Assembly: GCA_040220855.1 (NCBI GenBank)
Contig: JAVJVZ010000023.1
Location: 22,102-86,101 of the forward strand
Direction of reading: 5' to 3'
Length of the DNA stretch: 64,000 nt
Source of the DNA: Gammaproteobacteria bacterium
GTDB taxonomy: Bacteria > Pseudomonadota > Gammaproteobacteria > Ga0077536
The translations under genes and the position numbers were made by a program. Position 1 is the first letter of the stretch; every line of letters begins with the position of its first letter. Below are positions 56,916 to 64,000 of this stretch, in pieces. The notes under the pieces are model-generated. The model searched no databases, had not been told where the DNA came from, and saw nothing but the letters and a program-made list of their open reading frames with translations.

Positions 56916-57731
56916 TTACAGGAACGGCCGTATCGCAGCGACCACGGCGCCCGGCGCACTCAGGTGTGGCAGGTGGCCGCTGGCGTCGATGGTGACGAGG
57001 CGGCTGTCGGGGATGTGCGCAGCGAGGTACTCCGCCACCGCCTGCGGCACCGCCACATCGTCGCGGCTCTGGACGATCAGCACCGGCTGGGTCAGCCGCG
57101 CGACCTCCGCGCGGTGGTCGGACTGGAAGATCGCGCACAGCGTCGTATAGGCATGATCCTGCGGCACGGCCTTGAGCGCGGCGGCGAAATGCTCGGCAAG
57201 CGCCGGTTGCGAGGGGTTGCCCATGGCGAGCGGCGCAAAGGCATCGGCCCAACCTTCGTAATCGGCGTCGATGGCGGTGTACAGCCCGTTGAGGTCGTCT
57301 TCGCTGAAGCCGCCCCGGTAGGCACCGTCGTCGAGGTAGCGCGGCGAAGCGCCAATCAGCACGAGACGCGCGAAACGTTGTGGCTCGGCGAGCGCGGCGA
57401 GCACGCCGATCATCGCACCCACCGAGTGACCGACGAGGATGGCATCGTGCACGTCGAGCGCCGCGCAGACCTCGAGCAGGTCGCTCGCGTAGCCATGCAG
57501 GTTGAGATAGCGACTCTGCTGGAAGGCGGCCGGGTCGGCGCCGCCGGCACCGGCGTTGTCGAGCAGAACGATGCGGTAATCGTCGGCGAAGGTGGGCACG
57601 ATCGCCTCCCAGGCACGCTGGTCGGTACCGAACCCATGGACGAAGACGAGCGTCGCCGGCGCCTCCGCGCGCCCAATCACGTGTACGTTGTGGCGGCGCA
57701 GCGCGTCGCCGCGTTCGCTTTCCCCTTCCAT
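56916..57731 (-). CDS. Alpha/beta hydrolase of the RsbQ / D14 / KAI2 family
   Basis: VFVHGFGTDQ, nucleophile elbow GHSVGA. 271 aa, length and motifs typical of RsbQ-like hydrolases. Confidence 0.7.
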   Translation of the reverse strand: MEGESERGDALRRHNVHVIGRAEAPATLVFVHGFGTDQRAWEAIVPTFADDYRIVLLDNAGAGGADPAAFQQSRYLNLHGYASDLLEVCAALDVHDAILVGHSVGAMIGVLAALAEPQRFARLVLIGASPRYLDDGAYRGGFSEDDLNGLYTAIDADYEGWADAFAPLAMGNPSQPALAEHFAAALKAVPQDHAYTTLCAIFQSDHRAEVARLTQPVLIVQSRDDVAVPQAVAEYLAAHIPDSRLVTIDASGHLPHLSAPGAVVAAIRPFL

Positions 57732-57959
57732 GCACAATCCTCCGCGCAGACCGACGCCTTCCTGCGTCGTCTGCGCATCACCCCGCATGGCCCGGTGTGC
57801 CAGCGGAACATCATCGAACTCCCCGCACCATGCTGGCACGATGGCGCGACGAAATGTAGTGCGACGAGCGCGGACAACAGTTGATCCGGCTCATACGCGC
57901 GGCGGCCACCGCCTATGGCTTGCTTGCGCCATAATGCGACCCGATCTCCCCGGGAGCCC

Positions 57960-59516
57960 ATGCATGTACGAGGACATTCGCGCGCGGCGGAGCGCCGGCC
58001 GGTGAGCGGCTTCACCGACTACGACGCCTACGACGGTCGCGGTCTCGCCGCGCTCGTCGCCGCCGGTGAGGTCGCTGCGAGCACGCTGGTCGAGGAAGCC
58101 ATTGCGCGCAGCGAACGCGTCAACCCGCGCATCAACGCCGTCGTCGAGCCGATGTACGCGCAGGCCCGCGAGCGCGTCGCCCACGGCGCGCCGCCCGGCC
58201 CGTTCGGCGGCGTGCCCTTCCTGATGAAGGATCTCGGCTCAGCGGTCGCCGGGGTGCCGCTGCGCAACGGCTCGCGCTTCTTCCGCGATTACGTGCCCGA
58301 CTACGATCACAACATGGTCACGCGCCTGCATGCCGCCGGGCTCGTCACCATCGGCAAGTCGAGTACGCCGGAACTCGGGCTGCTCGGCAGCACCGAGCCC
58401 GCGCTGCACGGTCCGACGCGCAACCCGTGGAACCTCGCGCGCACCGCGGGCGGCTCGAGCGGCGGCTCGGCGGCGGCGGTCGCCGCCGGCATCGTACCGC
58501 TCGCCAGTGCCGGCGACGGCGGCGGCTCGATCCGCATACCGGCCGCGTGCAACGGCCTGGTCGGCCTGAAGCCGTCGCGCGGGCGCAATCCTTCCGGCCC
58601 GGTGCTCGGCGAGAGCTGGTACGGACAGGTGCAGCTCGGTGTCATCTCGCGCAGCGTACGCGACAGCGCGGCCGCGCTCGACGCCACCGCCGGCGGCGAC
58701 CCGGGCATGCTCTACGGGGCACCACCGCCGCCCCTGCGTTTCGAGGACGAGGTCGGCCGCGAACCGGGCCGCCTGCGTATCGCGATCTGCCGGGAGGCGC
58801 TGTGCTGCGAAGCGCCACTCGCACCGGACTGTCTCGCCGCACTCGATGACTGCGCGACGCTGCTCGCCGGTCTCGGCCACGCGGTCGAGGAAGCCATGCC
58901 GCCGATCGATCGCATGCGCCTCGGCACCGGCTACATGATGCGCGTCCTCGCCTGCACCGCGGCCGAGATTGCCGACGCCGAGCGCCTGCTCGGCCGCCGC
59001 GCGCGGCAGGACGAGTTCGAGCCGGTCACGTGGGCGTTCGCACGCCTTGCGCGCGCCTTCGACGCGGTCGATCTCACCGCGGCCAATCGCGACATCGAGC
59101 GCGAAGTGCGCAAGCTGGGGCGCTTCATGCAGGACTACGACATCCTCGTCACTCCGACGCTGGCGTGCCCGCCGGCGCCCCTCGGCGCGTTCCGCCCGCG
59201 CGGTGCCGACCGCCTGCTGGTCGCCCTGGCCAGCCGCGTCAGCCTCGGGCGCCTGCCCAAGTGGGGCGGCATCCTCGAACAGCTGGTGCGCAACAACTTC
59301 ACCTTCGTCGTCTCCACCATGCTCGCCAACATGAGCGGTGAACCCTCGGTCTCCCTGCCGCTCTACTGGAACGACGACAATCTACCGATCGGTATGATGT
59401 TCACCGCGCCCATCTATGAAGAGGGGCGCCTGCTGCGCCTGGCCGGCCAGCTCGAACAGGCCCGTCCGTGGCACTCGCGCCGGCCGCCCTGTCACGCCGG
59501 CGCCCCGCACGCTTGA
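57960..59516 (+). CDS. Amidase (amidase-signature family)
   Basis: AS signature [14 protein letters not shown] and Ser-cisSer-Lys context. The start at MHVRGH is uncertain; a nearby GTG is possible. Confidence 0.8.
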   Translation: MHVRGHSRAAERRPVSGFTDYDAYDGRGLAALVAAGEVAASTLVEEAIARSERVNPRINAVVEPMYAQARERVAHGAPPGPFGGVPFLMKDLGSAVAGVPLRNGSRFFRDYVPDYDHNMVTRLHAAGLVTIGKSSTPELGLLGSTEPALHGPTRNPWNLARTAGGSSGGSAAAVAAGIVPLASAGDGGGSIRIPAACNGLVGLKPSRGRNPSGPVLGESWYGQVQLGVISRSVRDSAAALDATAGGDPGMLYGAPPPPLRFEDEVGREPGRLRIAICREALCCEAPLAPDCLAALDDCATLLAGLGHAVEEAMPPIDRMRLGTGYMMRVLACTAAEIADAERLLGRRARQDEFEPVTWAFARLARAFDAVDLTAANRDIEREVRKLGRFMQDYDILVTPTLACPPAPLGAFRPRGADRLLVALASRVSLGRLPKWGGILEQLVRNNFTFVVSTMLANMSGEPSVSLPLYWNDDNLPIGMMFTAPIYEEGRLLRLAGQLEQARPWHSRRPPCHAGAPHA

Positions 59517-59529
59517 GGAGGTCCCGCCC

Positions 59530-60363
59530 ATGCCCGAACTGATCCACGGCGAGGCCGTTCGCGTCGCCCCACGCATCCGCCGCGTCACCGCCCCGAATCC
59601 CGGCCGCATGACGGGCGCCGGCACCAACACCTACCTGGTCGGCGAGGAGTCGCTGGCACTGGTCGACCCCGGGCCGGCAATCCCGCAACACATCGATGCG
59701 CTCGAGCGCATCTGCGCCGGTCGCCTGCGCTGGATCCTCGTCACCCACACCCACCGCGACCATTCGCCGGCGGCGCAACCACTCGCCGAGCGCACCGGCG
59801 CCGAGCTGATCGGCAACATCATCCCCAACGACGGTTACCAGGACGAGACTTTCACCAGTGCGCGCCCGCTCGCCCAGGACGAATGTCTCGCCACCGACGA
59901 GTTCACCATCCGCGCACTGCTCACGCCCGGGCACGTGGCCAACCACGTGTGCTTCCTTGTCGAAGAGGACCGCGTGCTGATGACCGGCGACCACATGATG
60001 GGCGGCTCGACGGTGGTCATCGTGCCGCCGGCCGGCGACATGAAGGACTACATCGCGTCACTCGAACGCATGCTCGACTACGACATCGCGCACGTGGCAC
60101 CGGGCCACGGCGATCTCATCGGTGAACCTCACGCGGAGATCCGCCGCCTGATCGCACACCGTCTCGGGCGCGAACAGAAGGTGGCCGACAACCTGCGACG
60201 CACCGGCCCGACGACCATCGCGCGGCTCACGCCGGATGTCTACGATGACGTCGACCCGGCCTTGCACGAATGGGCCGCGCTGTCGCTGCATGCCCACCTG
60301 CTCAAGCTCGCGGCTGACGGCCGTGCGCGCGTCGAGGGCGACACCTGGCGCATGCTCGACTGA
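59530..60363 (+). CDS. MBL-fold metallo-hydrolase
   Basis: HTHRDH zinc-binding motif. GAGGAGG RBS. Start 14 nt after the amidase stop. Confidence 0.75.
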   Translation: MPELIHGEAVRVAPRIRRVTAPNPGRMTGAGTNTYLVGEESLALVDPGPAIPQHIDALERICAGRLRWILVTHTHRDHSPAAQPLAERTGAELIGNIIPNDGYQDETFTSARPLAQDECLATDEFTIRALLTPGHVANHVCFLVEEDRVLMTGDHMMGGSTVVIVPPAGDMKDYIASLERMLDYDIAHVAPGHGDLIGEPHAEIRRLIAHRLGREQKVADNLRRTGPTTIARLTPDVYDDVDPALHEWAALSLHAHLLKLAADGRARVEGDTWRMLD

Positions 60364-60398
60364 GGTTCCACGCAAGCGTCGAGCGCCTGCCGGCGGCT

Positions 60399-61451
60399 TC
60401 AGAACGCCAGCGACAACGTCAGCGAGCCGAAGTTGTGGTGGCGTTCCTGGCCGTCGAACTCGCGACTGCGGAAGACCTGTGCGTAGGACAGCTTGAACTC
60501 GCGCCACACCACGCTCGCGCCGACGATGAAATCGCCGACGACGTTCTTCTTGTCGACGTCATGGCTGTCGCTGAACGTATTGCCATCGAGGAAGATATCG
60601 CGTGCGACGAAGCGCCCCCCGAGCGCGGCGAAGGTGTACACGCCGAGACCGCGCTGGCGCGTACCGCTGGCGATGGCCGGCGCGTTGGCGTCGCCGCCCG
60701 GGCGGATCAGCGAGGTGCCGAAATCGTGCGGCAGGCGCCAACCGAAGCGAACTTCGCCACCGGCGGCGACGTAGTCGTAGACATTGCCGAGCGCCACGCC
60801 GGCGTGGCCGATGACGTCGTAACCGAGGTCGTCGAAGAGATTGGCACGCCACAGGCGCCACTTGCGTTCGTAGTACACGACGAGGCCCGGCTCGTTGTCG
60901 AGCTGGTTGTCCCAACCACGCGGCAGCGGCAGGTCACGGATGTCATGGACGAATTTCTGCGCGTCCTCGGCCAGCGAGGCCGGCCCGATCATGCCGAGTT
61001 GGATTTCGAGCGTGTCGGCAACGTGGTCGTTCTTGCTGACGAAGGCCAGCGCACCATACAGCCAGCCGGCGTAGGGACGATCGTCGGTCACCAGCGCGGT
61101 GGCCTGGGTGTCGTTCGGCGTGAACATCAACTGGCCGATGGCAAAGCCGAGGTTGAACTGGCGTGCTTCGTCGCCGACCAGGCTGCGTTCGAAGGCATTG
61201 AGCCGTGACACCAGCCCGAGCAGCCAGGCCGGCACGGCGCCACCACTCTCCAGTGCCTTGAGATCCGGCGACAGCCAGGACAGGCGGATGCCGTTGGTGT
61301 ACTGCGCATCGCTGTCGCCGAACAGGTCGTTCTCGAACATCAGGGTGAACGTCTGAGGGCCGCCGTCGGCGGCGTCGCCTGCGGCGTGCAACGTGGGTGC
61401 GGCCCAGGCGAGCAACGTGAGCAGTATCGCGCCCAGCACACGTTGCGGCAT
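60399..61451 (-). CDS. Lipid A deacylase LpxR-family outer-membrane protein (DUF2219)
   Basis: Signal peptide. beta-barrel ending ...SLTLSLAF, conserved FENDLF...TNG region. Confidence 0.6.
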   Translation of the reverse strand: MPQRVLGAILLTLLAWAAPTLHAAGDAADGGPQTFTLMFENDLFGDSDAQYTNGIRLSWLSPDLKALESGGAVPAWLLGLVSRLNAFERSLVGDEARQFNLGFAIGQLMFTPNDTQATALVTDDRPYAGWLYGALAFVSKNDHVADTLEIQLGMIGPASLAEDAQKFVHDIRDLPLPRGWDNQLDNEPGLVVYYERKWRLWRANLFDDLGYDVIGHAGVALGNVYDYVAAGGEVRFGWRLPHDFGTSLIRPGGDANAPAIASGTRQRGLGVYTFAALGGRFVARDIFLDGNTFSDSHDVDKKNVVGDFIVGASVVWREFKLSYAQVFRSREFDGQERHHNFGSLTLSLAF

Positions 61452-61585
61452 TTTCGGGCAAGGGAGCATTGTGCGAGTATCGTCCATGCGAGGCGGCGCA
61501 CTATAGCATCGCCCGCATGCCGCGCCTGCGATCGGGTCGCGATCGCGTGGCGCATTCCGGCCATCGGTGAGGAGAGTGTGACGGC

Positions 61586-62452
61586 ATGAGTTGGATGAAG
61601 CTTGGAGACGTCGGCATCGGCCGCGTGCTCGAATCGAACGGGCCTTTCATGAGCATCTACGATTTTTTCCCCGACGCCACGCCCGAGGCGCTCGCGCCGC
61701 ACCGCGACTGGCTTTCACAGGGCGCGCTCGATGCCGAGGACTTCCTCGTGATGCCAATCCAGAGCTACGTGGTGCGGACCCCGCAGTCGACCATCCTGGT
61801 CGACAGCTGCGTGGGCAACCACAAGTCGGTCAAGTGGTTCCCCGCCTGGGACCAGAAGAGCAGCGACGCGTGGGAACGCAGCCTCGCCGCACTCGGTCTA
61901 GGCGTCGCCGATATCGACGTCGTGCTGTGTACGCACCTGCACGTCGACCACAGCGGCTGGAACACGCGCCTCGTCGATGGCCGTTGGGTGCCGACCTTCC
62001 CCAATGCGCGCTACGTGCTGTCGCGCCGTGAGGTGGCAGCCGCCGAGCGCGCGCACGAGAAGTACCAGGACCCGGTGTGGAAGGAGAACGTCGAACCGGT
62101 CATCGATGCCGGCCAGGCCTTGCTCGTCGACGACGATCACGAGGTCGACGGCTGCGTGCATCTCGAGCCGACGCCCGGCCATACACCCGGCCACTGCGCG
62201 GTGCGCATCAGCCATCGCGGTCACGACGCGGTGGTCACCGGGGACCTCATCCACAGCCCCATCCAGTGCCACTTCCCGCACTGGAACTTCAAGTTCGACT
62301 TCGACAAGTCGCTCGCCGCGCAGACCCGCTGCGCATTCCTCGAACGCTACGGGGACAGCGCCACGCGCGTGCTCACGGCACATTTTCCGCTACCGTCGAC
62401 AGGCCACATCCGGCGCGCTGGCGAAGCCTGGCACTTCCACTACGACGGCTGA
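61586..62452 (+). CDS. MBL-fold metallo-hydrolase (AHL-lactonase-like HxHxDH enzyme)
   Basis: LHVDHSGW motif and downstream His/Asp ligands. 288 aa. Confidence 0.7.
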   Translation: MSWMKLGDVGIGRVLESNGPFMSIYDFFPDATPEALAPHRDWLSQGALDAEDFLVMPIQSYVVRTPQSTILVDSCVGNHKSVKWFPAWDQKSSDAWERSLAALGLGVADIDVVLCTHLHVDHSGWNTRLVDGRWVPTFPNARYVLSRREVAAAERAHEKYQDPVWKENVEPVIDAGQALLVDDDHEVDGCVHLEPTPGHTPGHCAVRISHRGHDAVVTGDLIHSPIQCHFPHWNFKFDFDKSLAAQTRCAFLERYGDSATRVLTAHFPLPSTGHIRRAGEAWHFHYDG

Positions 62453-62476
62453 ACAGGCATTGGGCCGGCGGTGTCC

Positions 62477-63586
62477 TCACGGTCCGGCGCCATCGCCGTG
62501 GGCGGCCTGCAGGCGCGCCGCGAGCGCGCCGGCGCGCAGGTGCGGTTCGCGCTCGAGCAGTACCGCGGCGACGCCGCTGGCGTACGCGGTGACGAACGAC
62601 GGGCCGGAGACGAAGTCGTAACGCCCGTCCGGCACGGTGGTCAGCATCTGCAGGCTGGCACTGGCGAAGCTCGGCCCGGGCGGCAGCACGGGGGGCGCGG
62701 TCGGCGCCTGCAGGGCGACCGCGACGACGCCGGGAATGGCAGCCGGGAAGCGCATCTCGGGCTCCTCGCCGACCGCCCCCAGCACCACCGCGCCGAGTTC
62801 GATGGCGCGCTCGACGAGGCGCGTCAGTACCGGGTCGTCCGGCCCGGCGAGACTCAGGTTGATGATACGCGCGCGGATGTCGATGGCGTAGTCGAGCGCG
62901 CGCGCAAGCGTGTCCGTGCGACACAGGCCGTAGGCATACGAGGGCTCCCAGCACGCGCGCAGCGCGAACAGTTCGGCGTCGGGCGCGAGGCCGCGGATGC
63001 CGATGCCATTGCCGGGCACGGCGGCAATCAGCCCGGCCAGCGCGGTGCCGTGGAATTCCGGCGGGATCAGGGCCGGGTCACCGCCGACGAAGTTCATCGA
63101 ACCGGCGATCTGACCATCGAGGTCGGGGTGGTTGAGATCGACGCCGGTATCGAGCATCGCGATGCGTACGCCGCGACCGCTCGCACCACGCAGGATGGCC
63201 GCGACGCCGGCGCTGCGGGAACGCTGCTGGAGGTCGAAGTACGGATCCGCGAGCGCCGCCGGCCGCCCGCTCACGGCGTGTTCACGCACTGGCGCCGCCT
63301 CGATGACACCATCGGCGGTGCGCAGTTGCGCGAGCCGCACCGCCAGTGGCACCCGGGCGCGCGCGCCACCTGCGCCAATGACAAGGCAGTGAGCGTCGAG
63401 TGCGTGCACGGGCCAGGCCTCGAGCACTTCGAGCCCGTGTGCGGCAGCGAGCGTCTCCGCACGATCCGGCGAGTCGACCACGACCAGCGCGACTGGCGTC
63501 GCAGTGCCGGCGGCACACGCAACGTTCGCGGCGAGCAGCACGGCCAGCAGCACCGCGGCAAGCGCGGCGCCCCGGGCCGGCCTCAC
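62477..63586 (-). CDS. S8-family (subtilisin-like) serine peptidase
   Basis: Signal peptide. Asp (MLDTGVD), His (HGTALAG) and Ser (SGPSFVTAYASG) catalytic-triad contexts. Confidence 0.8.
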   Translation of the reverse strand: MRPARGAALAAVLLAVLLAANVACAAGTATPVALVVVDSPDRAETLAAAHGLEVLEAWPVHALDAHCLVIGAGGARARVPLAVRLAQLRTADGVIEAAPVREHAVSGRPAALADPYFDLQQRSRSAGVAAILRGASGRGVRIAMLDTGVDLNHPDLDGQIAGSMNFVGGDPALIPPEFHGTALAGLIAAVPGNGIGIRGLAPDAELFALRACWEPSYAYGLCRTDTLARALDYAIDIRARIINLSLAGPDDPVLTRLVERAIELGAVVLGAVGEEPEMRFPAAIPGVVAVALQAPTAPPVLPPGPSFASASLQMLTTVPDGRYDFVSGPSFVTAYASGVAAVLLEREPHLRAGALAARLQAAHGDGAGP

Positions 63587-63999
63587 CGCTGGCGATCCGG
63601 ACGCTTACCCACCGCCGAGACCGGCTCGACGAAGAGCGTATCGGCGTCGCCGCGGATGTCCTCGACCAGTTCCTCGAACGGCATGGAGGCGAGCGGCACG
63701 GTGACCGTCATCACGCCGATTGCCGATGGCCCGTCGACCAGCTCGGCATCGTGGCGTGCGAGCCAGGCTGCGCGCGCCGCGGTATTCACACCGTCGCGCA
63801 GCACCACGCGCAGGCGCGGCCGATCGAGCGTGCTCGCCGCAACCCGGTGCTGCCCGAGGGTCTGGAAGGACTGCCCCGGCGACGCCGGCGGCGGCGTGCC
63901 GCCAAGGACGATCAAAGCCACCGCGATAGCCGAACAGCCGAGCACGGCAGCACCGGCGGCGAGCGGCAGCGGCGCGATGGCGCCGACGAGCGCGCGCAA
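63583..63999 (-). CDS. Hypothetical exported/membrane-anchored protein; start may lie at the window edge
   Basis: Stop overlaps the S8 peptidase start by 4 nt, suggesting an operon. N-terminal hydrophobic segment. Confidence 0.4.
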   Translation of the reverse strand: MRALVGAIAPLPLAAGAAVLGCSAIAVALIVLGGTPPPASPGQSFQTLGQHRVAASTLDRPRLRVVLRDGVNTAARAAWLARHDAELVDGPSAIGVMTVTVPLASMPFEELVEDIRGDADTLFVEPVSAVGKRPDRQR

Positions 64000-64000
64000 A

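Noticed and set aside
51028-57884. Plus-strand ORFs 51028..52515, 53120..54529, 55424..56995, 56910..57884
   Set aside because: Antisense to the hydrolase, CoA-transferase, ACAD and RsbQ-like genes of the catabolic island.
1-64000. CRISPR arrays, rRNA/tRNA genes, transposase genes
   Set aside because: No regularly spaced short repeats, no rRNA-like conserved blocks, no recognisable tRNA cloverleaf or GTTCGAATC-type T-loop, and no transposase-like ORF were found by eye. The only mobile-element-like feature is the MITE-like inverted-repeat element at 16122-16438.

Overview
High-GC (about 70%) proteobacterial chromosomal window; the gene content suggests a gamma- or betaproteobacterial hydrocarbon or fatty-acid degrader. 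It is densely coding, with about 60 supportable genes. Most long ORFs in the six-frame track are antisense or shadow-frame artefacts of the high GC content and were discarded. Gene calls rest on recognisable protein-family motifs read from the translations, with start codons re-picked by eye.

From 5' to 3':
(1) Housekeeping and miscellaneous genes: a DUF2461 fragment, MOSC, a 3-hydroxyisobutyrate-dehydrogenase-like gene, a GNAT/nitrilase fusion, a class-I GATase, an OmpR/histidine-kinase pair divergent from a DegP/MucD protease with a clean rho-independent terminator, DUF599, MTHFS, LysR, cysK, MscS, LLM oxidoreductases, nhaA, an acyl-CoA synthetase, srkA.
(2) An iron/heme-acquisition island at roughly 22.6-33.9 kb: a TonB-dependent receptor, a hutZ-like gene, hmuTUV and a DUF2470 gene.
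(3) An ABM monooxygenase, a SoxYZ-like carrier, a nitronate monooxygenase, a CoA-transferase and a 1246-aa multi-PAS/GAF/GGDEF/EAL signalling protein.
(4) A roughly 18-kb acyl-CoA catabolic island at 41.5-59.5 kb: three CaiB/BaiF CoA-transferases, an acyl-CoA dehydrogenase, two AMP-ligases, alpha/beta hydrolases, a thioesterase, NudL, GST, an amidase, TauD, and oddly a class-I DAHP synthase.
(5) An MBL-fold hydrolase, an LpxR-like outer-membrane protein, a second MBL-fold hydrolase, an S8 peptidase and a final hypothetical ORF.

Most notable observations:
- Two paralogous secreted proteins carry a C-terminal VPLPA-type (PEP-CTERM-like) sorting signal. They flank the heme-uptake operon, and each lies immediately 3' of an AT-rich Fur-box-like intergenic element, so its own promoter presumably sits there. 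No exosortase or sorting enzyme is present in the window.
- A roughly 317-bp non-coding element bounded by 27-bp perfect terminal inverted repeats (MITE-like) is inserted immediately upstream of nhaA.
- A recurring Fur-box-like motif (ATTGCGAATnATTAT / GATAAT...) sits upstream of the receptor and of several secreted hypothetical proteins.
- A secreted CxxCH protein, 21-bp direct repeats and duplicated ATCGA-N5-TCGAT operators were also noted.

No CRISPR array, rRNA, tRNA or transposase gene was recognised.
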